Positions 53,963 through 62,412 of a stretch of DNA of 64,000 nucleotides are shown here, piece by piece. The notes beneath the pieces were generated by a model. That model ran no database searches. It was not told the origin of the DNA and was given only the letters and a program-made list of their open reading frames with translations. Made by a program: the position numbers and the translations under genes. Source of the DNA: Vicinamibacterales bacterium (GTDB lineage: Bacteria > Acidobacteriota > Vicinamibacteria > Vicinamibacterales > UBA2999). The stretch spans positions 71,691-135,690 of the forward strand of contig JBFWOG010000002.1 of the NCBI GenBank assembly GCA_050250645.1. The letters run 5' to 3'. Position 1 is the stretch's first letter, and the number at the start of each line of letters is the position of its first letter.

Positions 53963-54502
53963 ATGCGAGTCCACGGCACCCACGGCTTCACCCTCATCGA
54001 GCTGCTGATCGTCGTCGCGATCATCGGCATCATCGCCGGCATCGCCGTGCCGGGCCTCCTGCGGGCGCGGATGTCGGGCAACGAGGCCTCGGCGATCGGC
54101 TCCCTGCGGGCCATCAACAGCTCCCAGACGGCCTTTGCCGGCGCCTGCGGCCTCGGCTTCTACGCCGTGGACCTCACGGTGCTCGGCACGCCGCCGTCGG
54201 CGGGCGGGGGCGCGGCGTTCATCAGCCCCGACCTGGTCCCTGCCGCCGGCACGGTCGTCTCCAAGAGCGGCTACGACATCGAGCTCGTCGGCACCGCGGA
54301 CGCCACGGCGCCGCCGTCGTGCAATGGCGGGGACGTGGCCGGCGGGTACTACGCCTGGGCCGATCCGACGATGTTCGGCGCGGCCGCCGCCCGGTATTTC
54401 TGGACCAACACCAGCGGGACGCTCTACCAGAACCTGGCGGGCACCCTCTCGGGGGAGACCGCGCTCGTGGGCGCGCCAGCGGCCGGGACGGCCCTCCGGT
54501 GA
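53963..54502 (+). CDS. Type IVa pilin paralogue (copy 2)
   Basis: MRVHGTHG|FTLIELLIVVAIIGIIAGIAVPG... Also 179 aa, colinear with copy 1 with no indels, and Cys positions are conserved. Confidence 0.9.
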   Translation: MRVHGTHGFTLIELLIVVAIIGIIAGIAVPGLLRARMSGNEASAIGSLRAINSSQTAFAGACGLGFYAVDLTVLGTPPSAGGGAAFISPDLVPAAGTVVSKSGYDIELVGTADATAPPSCNGGDVAGGYYAWADPTMFGAAAARYFWTNTSGTLYQNLAGTLSGETALVGAPAAGTALR

Positions 54503-54541
54503 GCGCGGACGGCCGTGCCGGACGGCCCGGTCAGAGGTAGA

Positions 54542-55837
54542 ATGCGGGCCATGAGCCGTCGCCGCACCCCCACGCCCGAGCCGGCCCAGCCGGCGCCGAA
54601 GACCGGACTGCTGACCCTCCTGGCCCTCGGCGGGCTGGCCGCCGCGCTGGCGGCGACCTGGGTCCACTACCGGCTGCTCCAGGACCCCACCTACGTCAGC
54701 TTCTGCGACGCCGGGAGCGTCGTCAGCTGCACGGAGGCCTACACGAGCCGCTACGGGTCGATCGCCGGGGTGCCGGTGGCGCTCATCGGCGTCCTGTACT
54801 TCGGCTTCGTGCTCGGGCTGATCGCGCTCTGCAGCCGGTCGGCGTCGTCGCGCGAGAACCTGTCGGGGTACGTCTTCGCGGCGTCCACGGCTGGCCTTGC
54901 CGGGGTCCTCTACTTCGCCTACATCTCGTTCGTCGTGCTCGGCGCGGTGTGCCTGCTGTGCGTCGGCACCTATGTCGCGATCATCGGCCTCTTCCTCGTG
55001 TCGGGCGCGGCGGCGAAGTTCCCGATGAGCACGCTGCCGGCCCGGGCCGGCCGCGATCTCTCGGCGCTCGTCCGGTCGCCCGCGGCACTGACGGCGGTCG
55101 CGGTGTTCGTGGCGGCGGCCGTCGCGTCGATCGTCTTCTTCCCGACGGAGCCCGTGTCCGCGATGGCGGCCGAGTCGGCCTCCGGCGCGGCCGCGCCGGC
55201 CGGCGGCGCGGCTGCCGAGACCGAGGAGCAGGCCACGCTGCGCCAGCAGCTCGAGGCCTGGCTCGCCGCCCAGCCCCGCGTCGAGGTCGACGCGCCGCGC
55301 GACGGGGCGGAGGTCCTGGTCGTCAAGTTCAACGACTACCAGTGCCCCCCGTGCCGGCAGACCTACATGGACTACACGCCGATCTTCGCGAAGTACGAGC
55401 GGGAGCACCCGGGCAAGGTGAAGTTCGTGACGAAGGACTTCCCGCTCGACCCGGAGTGCAACCAGTTCGCGCAGGGCGGGTCGCACACCTCGTCGTGCGA
55501 GGCCGCCGTCTCGGTGCGGCTCGCCCGGGAGAAGGGCAAGGCCGAGGAGATGGAGCGCTGGCTCTTCGACAACCAGCCCACGCTGACGCCGACGGCCGTC
55601 CGCGAGGCCGCGCGCATGATCGCCGGCGTGACCGACTTCGAGGCGCGCTACCCGGAGATGCTGCAGCTGGTGCGCGCCGACATCGCGCAGGGCAACGCGC
55701 TCGGCGTCCGGGGCACGCCGACCTTCTACATGAACGGCCTGCAGCTGCCCGGCCTGCGCGCGGAGTTCTTCGACGCCGCGCTCGCCTGGGAGCTGAACCG
55801 GGTCGAGTCCGCGAGCCGGCCGGCCGGCACGCCCTAG
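54542..55837 (+). CDS. VKOR-domain / DsbA-like thioredoxin fusion (disulfide-bond-forming oxidoreductase)
   Basis: N-terminal 4-5 TM VKOR with loop Cys pair FCDAGSVVSC and active site CLLC. A Pro/Ala linker leads to a thioredoxin fold with CPPC (FNDYQCPPCRQ). Start is 54542 or 54551. Confidence 0.8.
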   Translation: MRAMSRRRTPTPEPAQPAPKTGLLTLLALGGLAAALAATWVHYRLLQDPTYVSFCDAGSVVSCTEAYTSRYGSIAGVPVALIGVLYFGFVLGLIALCSRSASSRENLSGYVFAASTAGLAGVLYFAYISFVVLGAVCLLCVGTYVAIIGLFLVSGAAAKFPMSTLPARAGRDLSALVRSPAALTAVAVFVAAAVASIVFFPTEPVSAMAAESASGAAAPAGGAAAETEEQATLRQQLEAWLAAQPRVEVDAPRDGAEVLVVKFNDYQCPPCRQTYMDYTPIFAKYEREHPGKVKFVTKDFPLDPECNQFAQGGSHTSSCEAAVSVRLAREKGKAEEMERWLFDNQPTLTPTAVREAARMIAGVTDFEARYPEMLQLVRADIAQGNALGVRGTPTFYMNGLQLPGLRAEFFDAALAWELNRVESASRPAGTP

Positions 55838-55911
55838 TGGCGCGCCGGCCCTGGGCCCCCGCCGGCACGGCTGCCGGCTGGCTCCGTCCCGTCCCGCAGG
55901 TGCCCTGATCG

Positions 55912-56859
55912 ATGGCCGCGATCGAGATCGAGGAGCTGACGAAGGACTACCGGGTGGGCTTCTGGCGCCCCCGGCCCTACCGCGCGCTCGACCGCGTGAC
56001 CTTCGACGTCGAGGCAGGCGAGGTCTTCGGCTTCCTCGGGCCGAACGGCGCCGGCAAGAGCACGACGCTCAAGCTGCTGATGCAGCTCATCTTCCCGACC
56101 AGCGGGTCGGCGCGGATCCTGGGACGCCCCGCGGGTGACGTCGCCACGCGCCGGCGCATCGGCTTCCTGCCCGAGAATCCACGCTTCTACGACCACCTGA
56201 CCGCCGAGGAGCTGCTCGGCTACTTCGCCGGGCTCTTCGGGCTGGGCGGCGCGGAGCGGACCGCGCGGGTCGCGCGCGTCCTCGACGAGGTGGGCCTGGG
56301 CGCCGAGCGGCGGCACCGGCTCCGCTCCTTCTCCAAGGGGATGATCCAGCGGGTCGGCATCGCGCAGGCCATCCTCAACGAGCCGGAGGTCGTCTTCCTC
56401 GACGAGCCGATGTCCGGGCTCGATCCCCTGGGCCGGCGCGACGTGCGCCGCCTGATGCTCGGCCTGCGCGACCGGGGCTGCACGGTGTTCTTCAGCTCGC
56501 ACATCCTGTCGGACGCCGAGGCCCTGTGCGGCCGCGTCGGCATCGTCGCGGGCGGCCGCCTGGTCTCGTGCGGGCGCCTCGCCGAGCTGCTGCCGTTCGA
56601 GCTGAAGGGCTGGGAGGTGGTGCTGGCGGGCGTGCCGGGCGCGTCGGTCGAGGCGCTGGCGCGCCGCGTGCGGCACTTCCAGGCCCTGCCGGACGGCCGC
56701 GCGGCCGTCGAGCTCGCGCCGGACGAGCGGCCGGAGCGCTTCCTCCACGAGGTCGGCGCCGAGGGCATCCAGGTGGTCTCGGTCAACCCGATCCGGACCA
56801 CCCTCGAGGACTACTTCGTGAAGGCCGTCGGCGGGGCGGCGCCGCGGGAGCAGGGCTGA
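55912..56859 (+). CDS. ABC transporter ATP-binding protein (ABC-2 / PilH-like)
   Basis: Walker [11 protein letters not shown], signature-like FSKGMIQRV, Walker [13 protein letters not shown]. Confidence 0.88.
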   Translation: MAAIEIEELTKDYRVGFWRPRPYRALDRVTFDVEAGEVFGFLGPNGAGKSTTLKLLMQLIFPTSGSARILGRPAGDVATRRRIGFLPENPRFYDHLTAEELLGYFAGLFGLGGAERTARVARVLDEVGLGAERRHRLRSFSKGMIQRVGIAQAILNEPEVVFLDEPMSGLDPLGRRDVRRLMLGLRDRGCTVFFSSHILSDAEALCGRVGIVAGGRLVSCGRLAELLPFELKGWEVVLAGVPGASVEALARRVRHFQALPDGRAAVELAPDERPERFLHEVGAEGIQVVSVNPIRTTLEDYFVKAVGGAAPREQG

Positions 56860-56863
56860 GGCG

Positions 56864-57670
56864 ATGCGCGCCGTGGCCCTCGTCTCGACGGCGGTGTTCC
56901 GCGAGTCGGTGCGCGACCGCGTGCCGCTCGCCATCGTGGCGTTCGGCGTCCTGATGATCGGCGCGTCGTTCCTCATCAGCCAGCTGACGGCGGGGCAGGA
57001 CCTGAAGATCATCAAGGACCTCGGCCTGGCGGCCCTGTCGGTGTTCGGCCTGTTCATCGCCGTGTTCATCGGCATCGGCCTCGTGTCGAAGGAGGTCGAG
57101 CGGCGGAGCATCCACGCGCTGCTGGCCAAGCCCGTCACGCGCGCGCAGTTCGTGCTCGGCAAGTTCGCGGGCCTGGTCATGACCCTGGCGGTCAACCTCG
57201 GGGCGATGACCCTCGCGCTGTACGCGGTCCTGTTCTACCTGGAGCTCACCACGCCGTCCTTCACGCGGGCGGCCTGGCCGGCGCCGGCGATGGACCCGCG
57301 GCTGCTGATCGCGATCGGGCTCCTCTTCGGCGAGCTGGCGATCGTGACGGCCCTGGCCCTCTTCTTCTCGACCTTCTCGAGCCCGCTGCTCTCCACGCTG
57401 CTGACGCTCGGGCTCTGGGTCGCCGGCCACTTCAACAGCGACCTCCGGCACTTCGAGGCCGTCCTCGACGCGCCCGCCGCCGTCTACCTGGCCCGGGCGC
57501 TCTACTACGTGCTCCCCAACCTGGCGCCCTTCGACGTCAAGGCCGAGGTCGTGTACGGCGTCCCCGTCGGCTGGTCGCACGTCCTGCTCACGGCCGCGTA
57601 CGCGGTCGTGTACGTCGCGATCCTGCTGATCGGCGCGTCGGCGATCTTCCGGCGGAGGGACTTCAAGTGA
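56864..57670 (+). CDS. ABC-2 type transporter permease (PilI/NosY-like)
   Basis: 268 aa with 6 hydrophobic segments. Starts 4 nt after the ATPase gene. Confidence 0.75.
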   Translation: MRAVALVSTAVFRESVRDRVPLAIVAFGVLMIGASFLISQLTAGQDLKIIKDLGLAALSVFGLFIAVFIGIGLVSKEVERRSIHALLAKPVTRAQFVLGKFAGLVMTLAVNLGAMTLALYAVLFYLELTTPSFTRAAWPAPAMDPRLLIAIGLLFGELAIVTALALFFSTFSSPLLSTLLTLGLWVAGHFNSDLRHFEAVLDAPAAVYLARALYYVLPNLAPFDVKAEVVYGVPVGWSHVLLTAAYAVVYVAILLIGASAIFRRRDFK

Positions 57671-58590
57671 CCGCGGCCCGCGACCCCCGGCCCTCGAGCC
57701 GTCCCCTGGTCGCGGCGATGGCGCTGCTCGCCGTCGTGTCGGTCGGCCTCCAGGCCGCGCGCGACCGCGGCTGGCAGCCGTACGAGCCCGCGACGCCGGT
57801 GTTGTGGCTGCAGCCCGGGCCCCTGACGCGCCCGCTCGCCCTCGGCTTCGACGAGCTCGCGGCCGACGTCTACTGGATGCGCGCGGTCGTGTACTACGGC
57901 GGCAAGCGGCTGTCCGCCGCCAGGGGCGGGAACTACGATCTCCTCTACCCGCTGCTGGACCTGGCGACGACGCTGGACCCGCGGTTCAAGGTGGCCTACC
58001 GCTTCGGCGCGATCTTCCTGACGGAGGCCTACCCGAACGGCCCCGGCCGGCCGGACCTGGCCATCGCGCTGCTGACCCGCGCGCTGGAGCGGAATCCCGG
58101 TGACTGGACCTACATGCAGGACATCGGGTTCATCTACTACTGGTGGCTGAACGACTACCGGAGCGCCGCGCAGTGGTTCGAGCGGGCCGCCGACCAGGAC
58201 GGGGCCCCGTCCTGGCTGCGGCTGCTCGCCGCGAACACCCTCGCCGCGGGCGGCGATCGACGATCGTCCCGCATGCTCTGGCAGAGCATGCTCGACAGCT
58301 CCGATGTCGACTGGATCCGGTCCACGGCGCGGCTGCGGCTCGCGCAGCTGGACGCGCTCGACCAGATCGACCAGCTGAACGCCCTGGCCGACCGATTCGA
58401 GGCGGACGCCGGGCGGCGGCCCCGCGACTGGCGCGAGCTCGCCGGGGCGGCGCGGCTGCGCGGCGTGCCCCGCGACCCCGCCGGCGTGCCGTACGTGCTC
58501 GATCCGGCGACCGGCCGCGTCGGGTTGGCGCCCGGCTCGCCGCTGGCGCCGCTGCCCCCGGAGCCGGCGGCGGGGGGGCGGACGCCGTGA
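57667..58590 (+). CDS. Membrane-anchored hypothetical protein, helical-repeat (TPR-like)
   Basis: GTGA overlaps at both ends (with the ABC permease and with pilD). One N-terminal TM, then Trp/Tyr-rich helical repeats (...DVYWMRAVVYYGG..., ...IGFIYYWWLNDYRSAAQWFERAA...). No family recognised. Confidence 0.5.
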   Translation: MTAARDPRPSSRPLVAAMALLAVVSVGLQAARDRGWQPYEPATPVLWLQPGPLTRPLALGFDELAADVYWMRAVVYYGGKRLSAARGGNYDLLYPLLDLATTLDPRFKVAYRFGAIFLTEAYPNGPGRPDLAIALLTRALERNPGDWTYMQDIGFIYYWWLNDYRSAAQWFERAADQDGAPSWLRLLAANTLAAGGDRRSSRMLWQSMLDSSDVDWIRSTARLRLAQLDALDQIDQLNALADRFEADAGRRPRDWRELAGAARLRGVPRDPAGVPYVLDPATGRVGLAPGSPLAPLPPEPAAGGRTP

Positions 58591-59384
58591 CGGCCGGCGC
58601 GCTGCCGTGGCTGGCCGGACTGCTGGGCCTGCTCGTGGGCAGCTTCCTGAACGTCTGCATCCACCGCCTGCCCCGCGGGGAGTCGCTCGTCACCCCGCCG
58701 TCGCGGTGCCCGCGGTGCGGCCGGCCCCTGCGCTGGCGCGACAACGTCCCGATCGCCAGCTGGCTGCTGCTCGGCGGCCGCTGCGCCGCGTGCGGGGACC
58801 CGATCAGCATGCGCTACCCGATCGTCGAGGCGGTGACGGCGGCGCTCTTCGTCGCCGTGGCGCTGACGACGGGCCCCCTGCCGCTCCTGGCGGCGCGGCT
58901 CGTCTTCGTGGCGATGCTGGTCGTGCTGTTCGCGACCGACCTCGACCTGCAGATCCTGCCCGACGCGATCACGCTGCCCGGCATCGTCGCCGGCTTCGGC
59001 CTGAGCTTCGTCACGGGGCTCGGCTGGCAGTCGTCGCTCACCGGCCTCGTCGTCGGCGGCGGCATGCTGTGGTTCGTGGCGGAGGTCTACTTCCGCTGGC
59101 GCCGGATCGAGGGCCTCGGGGGCGGTGACATCAAGATGAACGCGATGATCGGCGCCTTTCTCGGCTGGCCGGCCGTGTTGATCGGCCTGGTGCTGGCCGC
59201 GGTGTCGGGCGCGGTCGTGGGCACGATTCTCGGACGCGGCAACATGAAGCACGTCCTGCCGTTCGGCGTGTTCCTCGCCGCTGGCGCGCTCGCGCTCGTC
59301 TTCTTCGACGGGCCGATCATGGCGGGGTACTGGCGCCTGATCGACTGGTACCTGGGCCTGCTCGGACTCGAGCTGGTGCGCTGA
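58587..59384 (+). CDS. pilD: Prepilin peptidase / N-methyltransferase family (peptidase A24)
   Basis: CPRCG...CAACG zinc motif and catalytic Asp contexts ATDLDLQILPD and GGGDIKM. GTG start overlaps the upstream stop. Confidence 0.9.
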   Translation: MTAGALPWLAGLLGLLVGSFLNVCIHRLPRGESLVTPPSRCPRCGRPLRWRDNVPIASWLLLGGRCAACGDPISMRYPIVEAVTAALFVAVALTTGPLPLLAARLVFVAMLVVLFATDLDLQILPDAITLPGIVAGFGLSFVTGLGWQSSLTGLVVGGGMLWFVAEVYFRWRRIEGLGGGDIKMNAMIGAFLGWPAVLIGLVLAAVSGAVVGTILGRGNMKHVLPFGVFLAAGALALVFFDGPIMAGYWRLIDWYLGLLGLELVR

Positions 59385-60631
59385 TGCCCGATGCCAGCGC
59401 GGCGGGCTACGCGTTCCTCGGGCTCACGGTCATCGTCTCGCTCCTGCTGGCCGTGCTCGCGTTCGCGACGCTGCGCTTTGCCGCCGCGGCGAAGGACTCG
59501 CGGCGCCGGCTCCGCGACACCGGCATGGAGACCGCCGTGCTCTCGGCCGCCCTCGAGGAGGCCATCGGGAAGCTGAAGGCGCAGGAGCGCGCGACCGCCG
59601 CGCGCGCCGACCGCTCGGAGCGGCTGAGCGGGCAGATCATCGCCGGCCTCACGTCGGGCCTGCTCCTCGTGGAGCGCGACGGCACGGCCGCCATCGTCAA
59701 CCCGGCGGCCCTCCGCATCCTCGGGCTCGCGCCCGCCGGTCCCACGCCGTACCGGGACCTGCTCGGCGACGTGCCGGCGCTCGCCGAGGTCATCGCCGAG
59801 GGCCTCGCGGGCGGCGCGCCGATTGTCAGGCGGACGGTGGCCCTGGCGCGCCCGGCCGGGCCCTCGCACCTCGGCGTCACCGTGTCGCCGATCGCCGACG
59901 CCGACGGGCGGCTGCAGGCGGTGGTCTGCCTCTTCACGGACCTGACCGGCGTCCTCGCGCTCGAGGCCCGGCTCCAGCTGAAGGACGCCCTGGCGCGGCT
60001 GGGGGAGCTGACCGCGGGACTCGCCCACGAGTTCAGGAACGGCCTGGCGACCATCCACGGGTACGGGCGCCTGATCGACCCGGCGGAGGTGCCACCGCAG
60101 TACCGCGCGTGCGTCGAGGGCATCCGCGCCGAGACCGTCGCGCTCGGCGAGGTGGTCACCAGGTTCCTCGACTTCGCCCGTCCCGACGCGCTGGCGCTGA
60201 CGCGTGTCGACCTCGCCGACATCGTGGCGCGCGCGGCCGCCGACGTCGACGGCGGCTCGGCCGTCCGGATCGGCGGCCGGTTCGGCGCGGTGGACGGCGA
60301 CGAGGTGCTGCTCCGGCAGGCGTTCAGCAACCTGCTCAGGAACGCCGCGGAGGCGTGCGCCTCGGCGGGCGTCGCCCCGGACGTCCGGGTCGACGGGGAG
60401 GTGGACGCCGCGGCCGGCGTGTTGCGGGTGCGCGTGCGCGACAACGGGCCAGGCCTCGCGGACCCGTCCGACGAGCGGCTGTTCAGGCCGTTCTTCACGA
60501 CGAAGGACAACGGCACCGGCCTCGGCCTGGCGATTGTCCAGAAGGTCGCCGTGGGCCACAACGGCCGCGTGTCGGCCGCCAACCATCCCGACGGCGGCGC
60601 GGAATTCGTCGTCCAGCTTCCGCTCGCATAA
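59384..60631 (+). CDS. Sensor histidine kinase (TM, coiled coil, PAS-like, HisKA, HATPase; NtrB-like)
   Basis: TGATG junction with pilD. H-box GLAHEFRNGL, N-box LLRNAAEA, G-box GTGLGLAIVQKV. Confidence 0.85.
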   Translation: MPDASAAGYAFLGLTVIVSLLLAVLAFATLRFAAAAKDSRRRLRDTGMETAVLSAALEEAIGKLKAQERATAARADRSERLSGQIIAGLTSGLLLVERDGTAAIVNPAALRILGLAPAGPTPYRDLLGDVPALAEVIAEGLAGGAPIVRRTVALARPAGPSHLGVTVSPIADADGRLQAVVCLFTDLTGVLALEARLQLKDALARLGELTAGLAHEFRNGLATIHGYGRLIDPAEVPPQYRACVEGIRAETVALGEVVTRFLDFARPDALALTRVDLADIVARAAADVDGGSAVRIGGRFGAVDGDEVLLRQAFSNLLRNAAEACASAGVAPDVRVDGEVDAAAGVLRVRVRDNGPGLADPSDERLFRPFFTTKDNGTGLGLAIVQKVAVGHNGRVSAANHPDGGAEFVVQLPLA

Positions 60632-60649
60632 TCTGCCGCGCTCGCTGCG

Positions 60650-60726
60650 CGTGGCACCGCAGGAACTGCGACCCGCAGGTCGCGTGCCACGGCCGCGCGG
60701 CGCGGAACGGGCAGGAGAACCTGCCC
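60650..60726 (+). promoter_or_regulatory. Cluster of nested GC hairpins downstream of the HK gene (terminator or regulatory RNA structure)
   Basis: CGTGGCAC (60650-60657) pairs with GTGCCACG (60684-60691), enclosing GCGACC-cgca-GGTCGC. Separate stem GGGCAGG-agaa-CCTGCCC at 60709-60726. Confidence 0.45.
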
Positions 60727-60772
60727 CGCGGCTCCGCCGCCCAGGGGCCCGCCCCTTGCACCTGCCTGGGGC

Positions 60773-61315
60773 ATGCGCACCACGGCTCTCTCTCCCTCCG
60801 CAGGCTTCACGCTCGTCGAGACGCTCGTCGCGGCGGCGGTCGCCGTCACGGTGCTCGCGTCACTCGCCGAGGTCGCCGCGATGGCGGCCGCGGCCAGCCG
60901 CGCGAACCGGCGGTCGGCGGCCGCGGCGATTGCCGCGTCCGCGAAGCTCGAACAGCTGCGCGCCCTCGCCTGGCGTTACGACGCGGACGGACGGCCCGTC
61001 AGCGACGTGACATCGGACACGTCCGTGGACCCGCCGCGTCCCGCGGGCGGGCGCGGCCTGTCGCCCTCGCCCGGGGGTGTGCTCGAGCACTCGACCCCCG
61101 GGTGGGTGGACTACGTGAACGAGGCGGGGGAGGCGCTCGGCGGCGGCGACCATCCGCCGGCGGGCGCGGTGCTCGCCAGGCGCTGGGCCGTCGAACCGAT
61201 CGACGCCGGCGACACCATCGTTGTCGAGGTCTGCGTCGTGCGGCTGGTGGCTGGTCCCCGCGGCGAGCCGGCGCCCGAGATCTGCCTGGCCACCATCCGG
61301 TCGAGGCAGCCGTGA
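60773..61315 (+). CDS. Minor pilin / pseudopilin with a prepilin-type N-terminal cleavage-methylation motif (PilV/GspI-like)
   Basis: MRTTALSPSAG|FTLVETLVAAAV...; 180 aa; 2 Cys. Confidence 0.75.
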   Translation: MRTTALSPSAGFTLVETLVAAAVAVTVLASLAEVAAMAAAASRANRRSAAAAIAASAKLEQLRALAWRYDADGRPVSDVTSDTSVDPPRPAGGRGLSPSPGGVLEHSTPGWVDYVNEAGEALGGGDHPPAGAVLARRWAVEPIDAGDTIVVEVCVVRLVAGPRGEPAPEICLATIRSRQP

Positions 61316-62400
61316 GCGGCCGGGGGTTCACGCTCGTCGAACTGCTGGTGGCGAGCCTGATCGTGCTCGCGGTCGGCGGGGTGGCGGCGGCCGTGGTCCG
61401 TCCCACGATGGCCATCGTGGCGGCCGCGCCGGCCAGCGGCGAGCTGACGGCCCGTGGCCGCGTGGCGCTCGAGCGGCTCGCCCGCGACCTGCGGGGGGCC
61501 GGCGCGGGCGCGGTGCTGGCGGGGCCGGCCCCCCTGGCGGCGCCGCCCGTGGTGCCGATCGTCGAGGGGGGCGAGGTGGCCGGCGTCATCCTCATCCGCG
61601 TGCCCTGGGGCGCCCCGTCGGGCCGTCTCGCGGAGCCGGTGAGCCGCGCCGGGCCGCTGGTGCTCGACGGGCCGCCGCGGTGCAGCGGGCCTGACCTCTC
61701 GTGCGGCTTCGCGGCAGGTGACGAGGTCCTCGTGGCCGATGGGACGACCGCAATCGCCCTCGCGGGGATCGCGTCTGTGCAGGTGCCGCCGCTGCGCCTG
61801 GTGCCGGCGGCAGGGCTCGGGTCCTCCTTCGACGCGGGGGCCTGGGTCGCTCGCATCGAGCGGGTGACCTATCGCCTCGAGCGCGCCGGTGGCGCGTTCC
61901 AGCTCACTAGGGCCGCGGACGATGGCGCGCCGCAGCCGATCGCCGACGAGGTCGTGTCCCTGCGATTCCGGCTCGCGGGCGACGCGGCCCCATCCACCCT
62001 GGACGTGACCCGCCGCCGTGCCACGTACGGGCCGCCGCCTCCGCCTCCGGGCGTGGACGACCCGCGTGATGGATGGGGGGCGGGTGAGAACTGCCTGTTC
62101 GCCGTGGACGGCGCCGGGCACCAGGCGCCGAGACTGGCCTCGCTCGGCCCCGCCGGGACGCTGGCCGTGCTGGAGCCCGCGATGCTCGCCGATGGGCCCT
62201 GGTGTCCGGACGCCGTTCACCCCGACGCCTTCGATGCCGACCTGCTGCGGATCCGGCGCGTCGACGTCGTGCTCCGGCTGCGCGCCGGCGAGCCGGGACT
62301 GCGGTTGCCGGGCTCCGGCGCCGGGGGAGGGGCGCGCCCGGCCTGGGTGCCGGACCTCGAGATGCGGCTGGCCGTGGCGCTCCGCGCCGCGGCACGCTGA
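61312..62400 (+). CDS. Large minor pilin (PilW-like) with a prepilin-type N-terminus
   Basis: GTGA overlap with the upstream gene; (M)SGRG|FTLVELLVASLIVLAV...; 362 aa; poly-Pro PPPPPP; 4 Cys. Confidence 0.7.
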   Translation: MSGRGFTLVELLVASLIVLAVGGVAAAVVRPTMAIVAAAPASGELTARGRVALERLARDLRGAGAGAVLAGPAPLAAPPVVPIVEGGEVAGVILIRVPWGAPSGRLAEPVSRAGPLVLDGPPRCSGPDLSCGFAAGDEVLVADGTTAIALAGIASVQVPPLRLVPAAGLGSSFDAGAWVARIERVTYRLERAGGAFQLTRAADDGAPQPIADEVVSLRFRLAGDAAPSTLDVTRRRATYGPPPPPPGVDDPRDGWGAGENCLFAVDGAGHQAPRLASLGPAGTLAVLEPAMLADGPWCPDAVHPDAFDADLLRIRRVDVVLRLRAGEPGLRLPGSGAGGGARPAWVPDLEMRLAVALRAAAR

Positions 62401-62412
62401 GAGGAGGCGCGC

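Noticed and set aside
54503-54541. Short stem GGCCGT-gccgg-ACGGCC after the second pilin as a terminator.
   Set aside because: The stem is only 6 bp with no U-tract, and the next gene starts about 40 nt downstream and is probably co-transcribed.
55912-56859. The ABC ATPase in the pilus locus as the missing ATPase of the Yip1-MacA-FtsX module.
   Set aside because: It lies 11 kb away on the other strand. It is immediately followed by its own ABC-2 permease with a 4-nt gap, and ABC-2 type ATPases are not the MacB/LolD-type partners of FtsX permeases.
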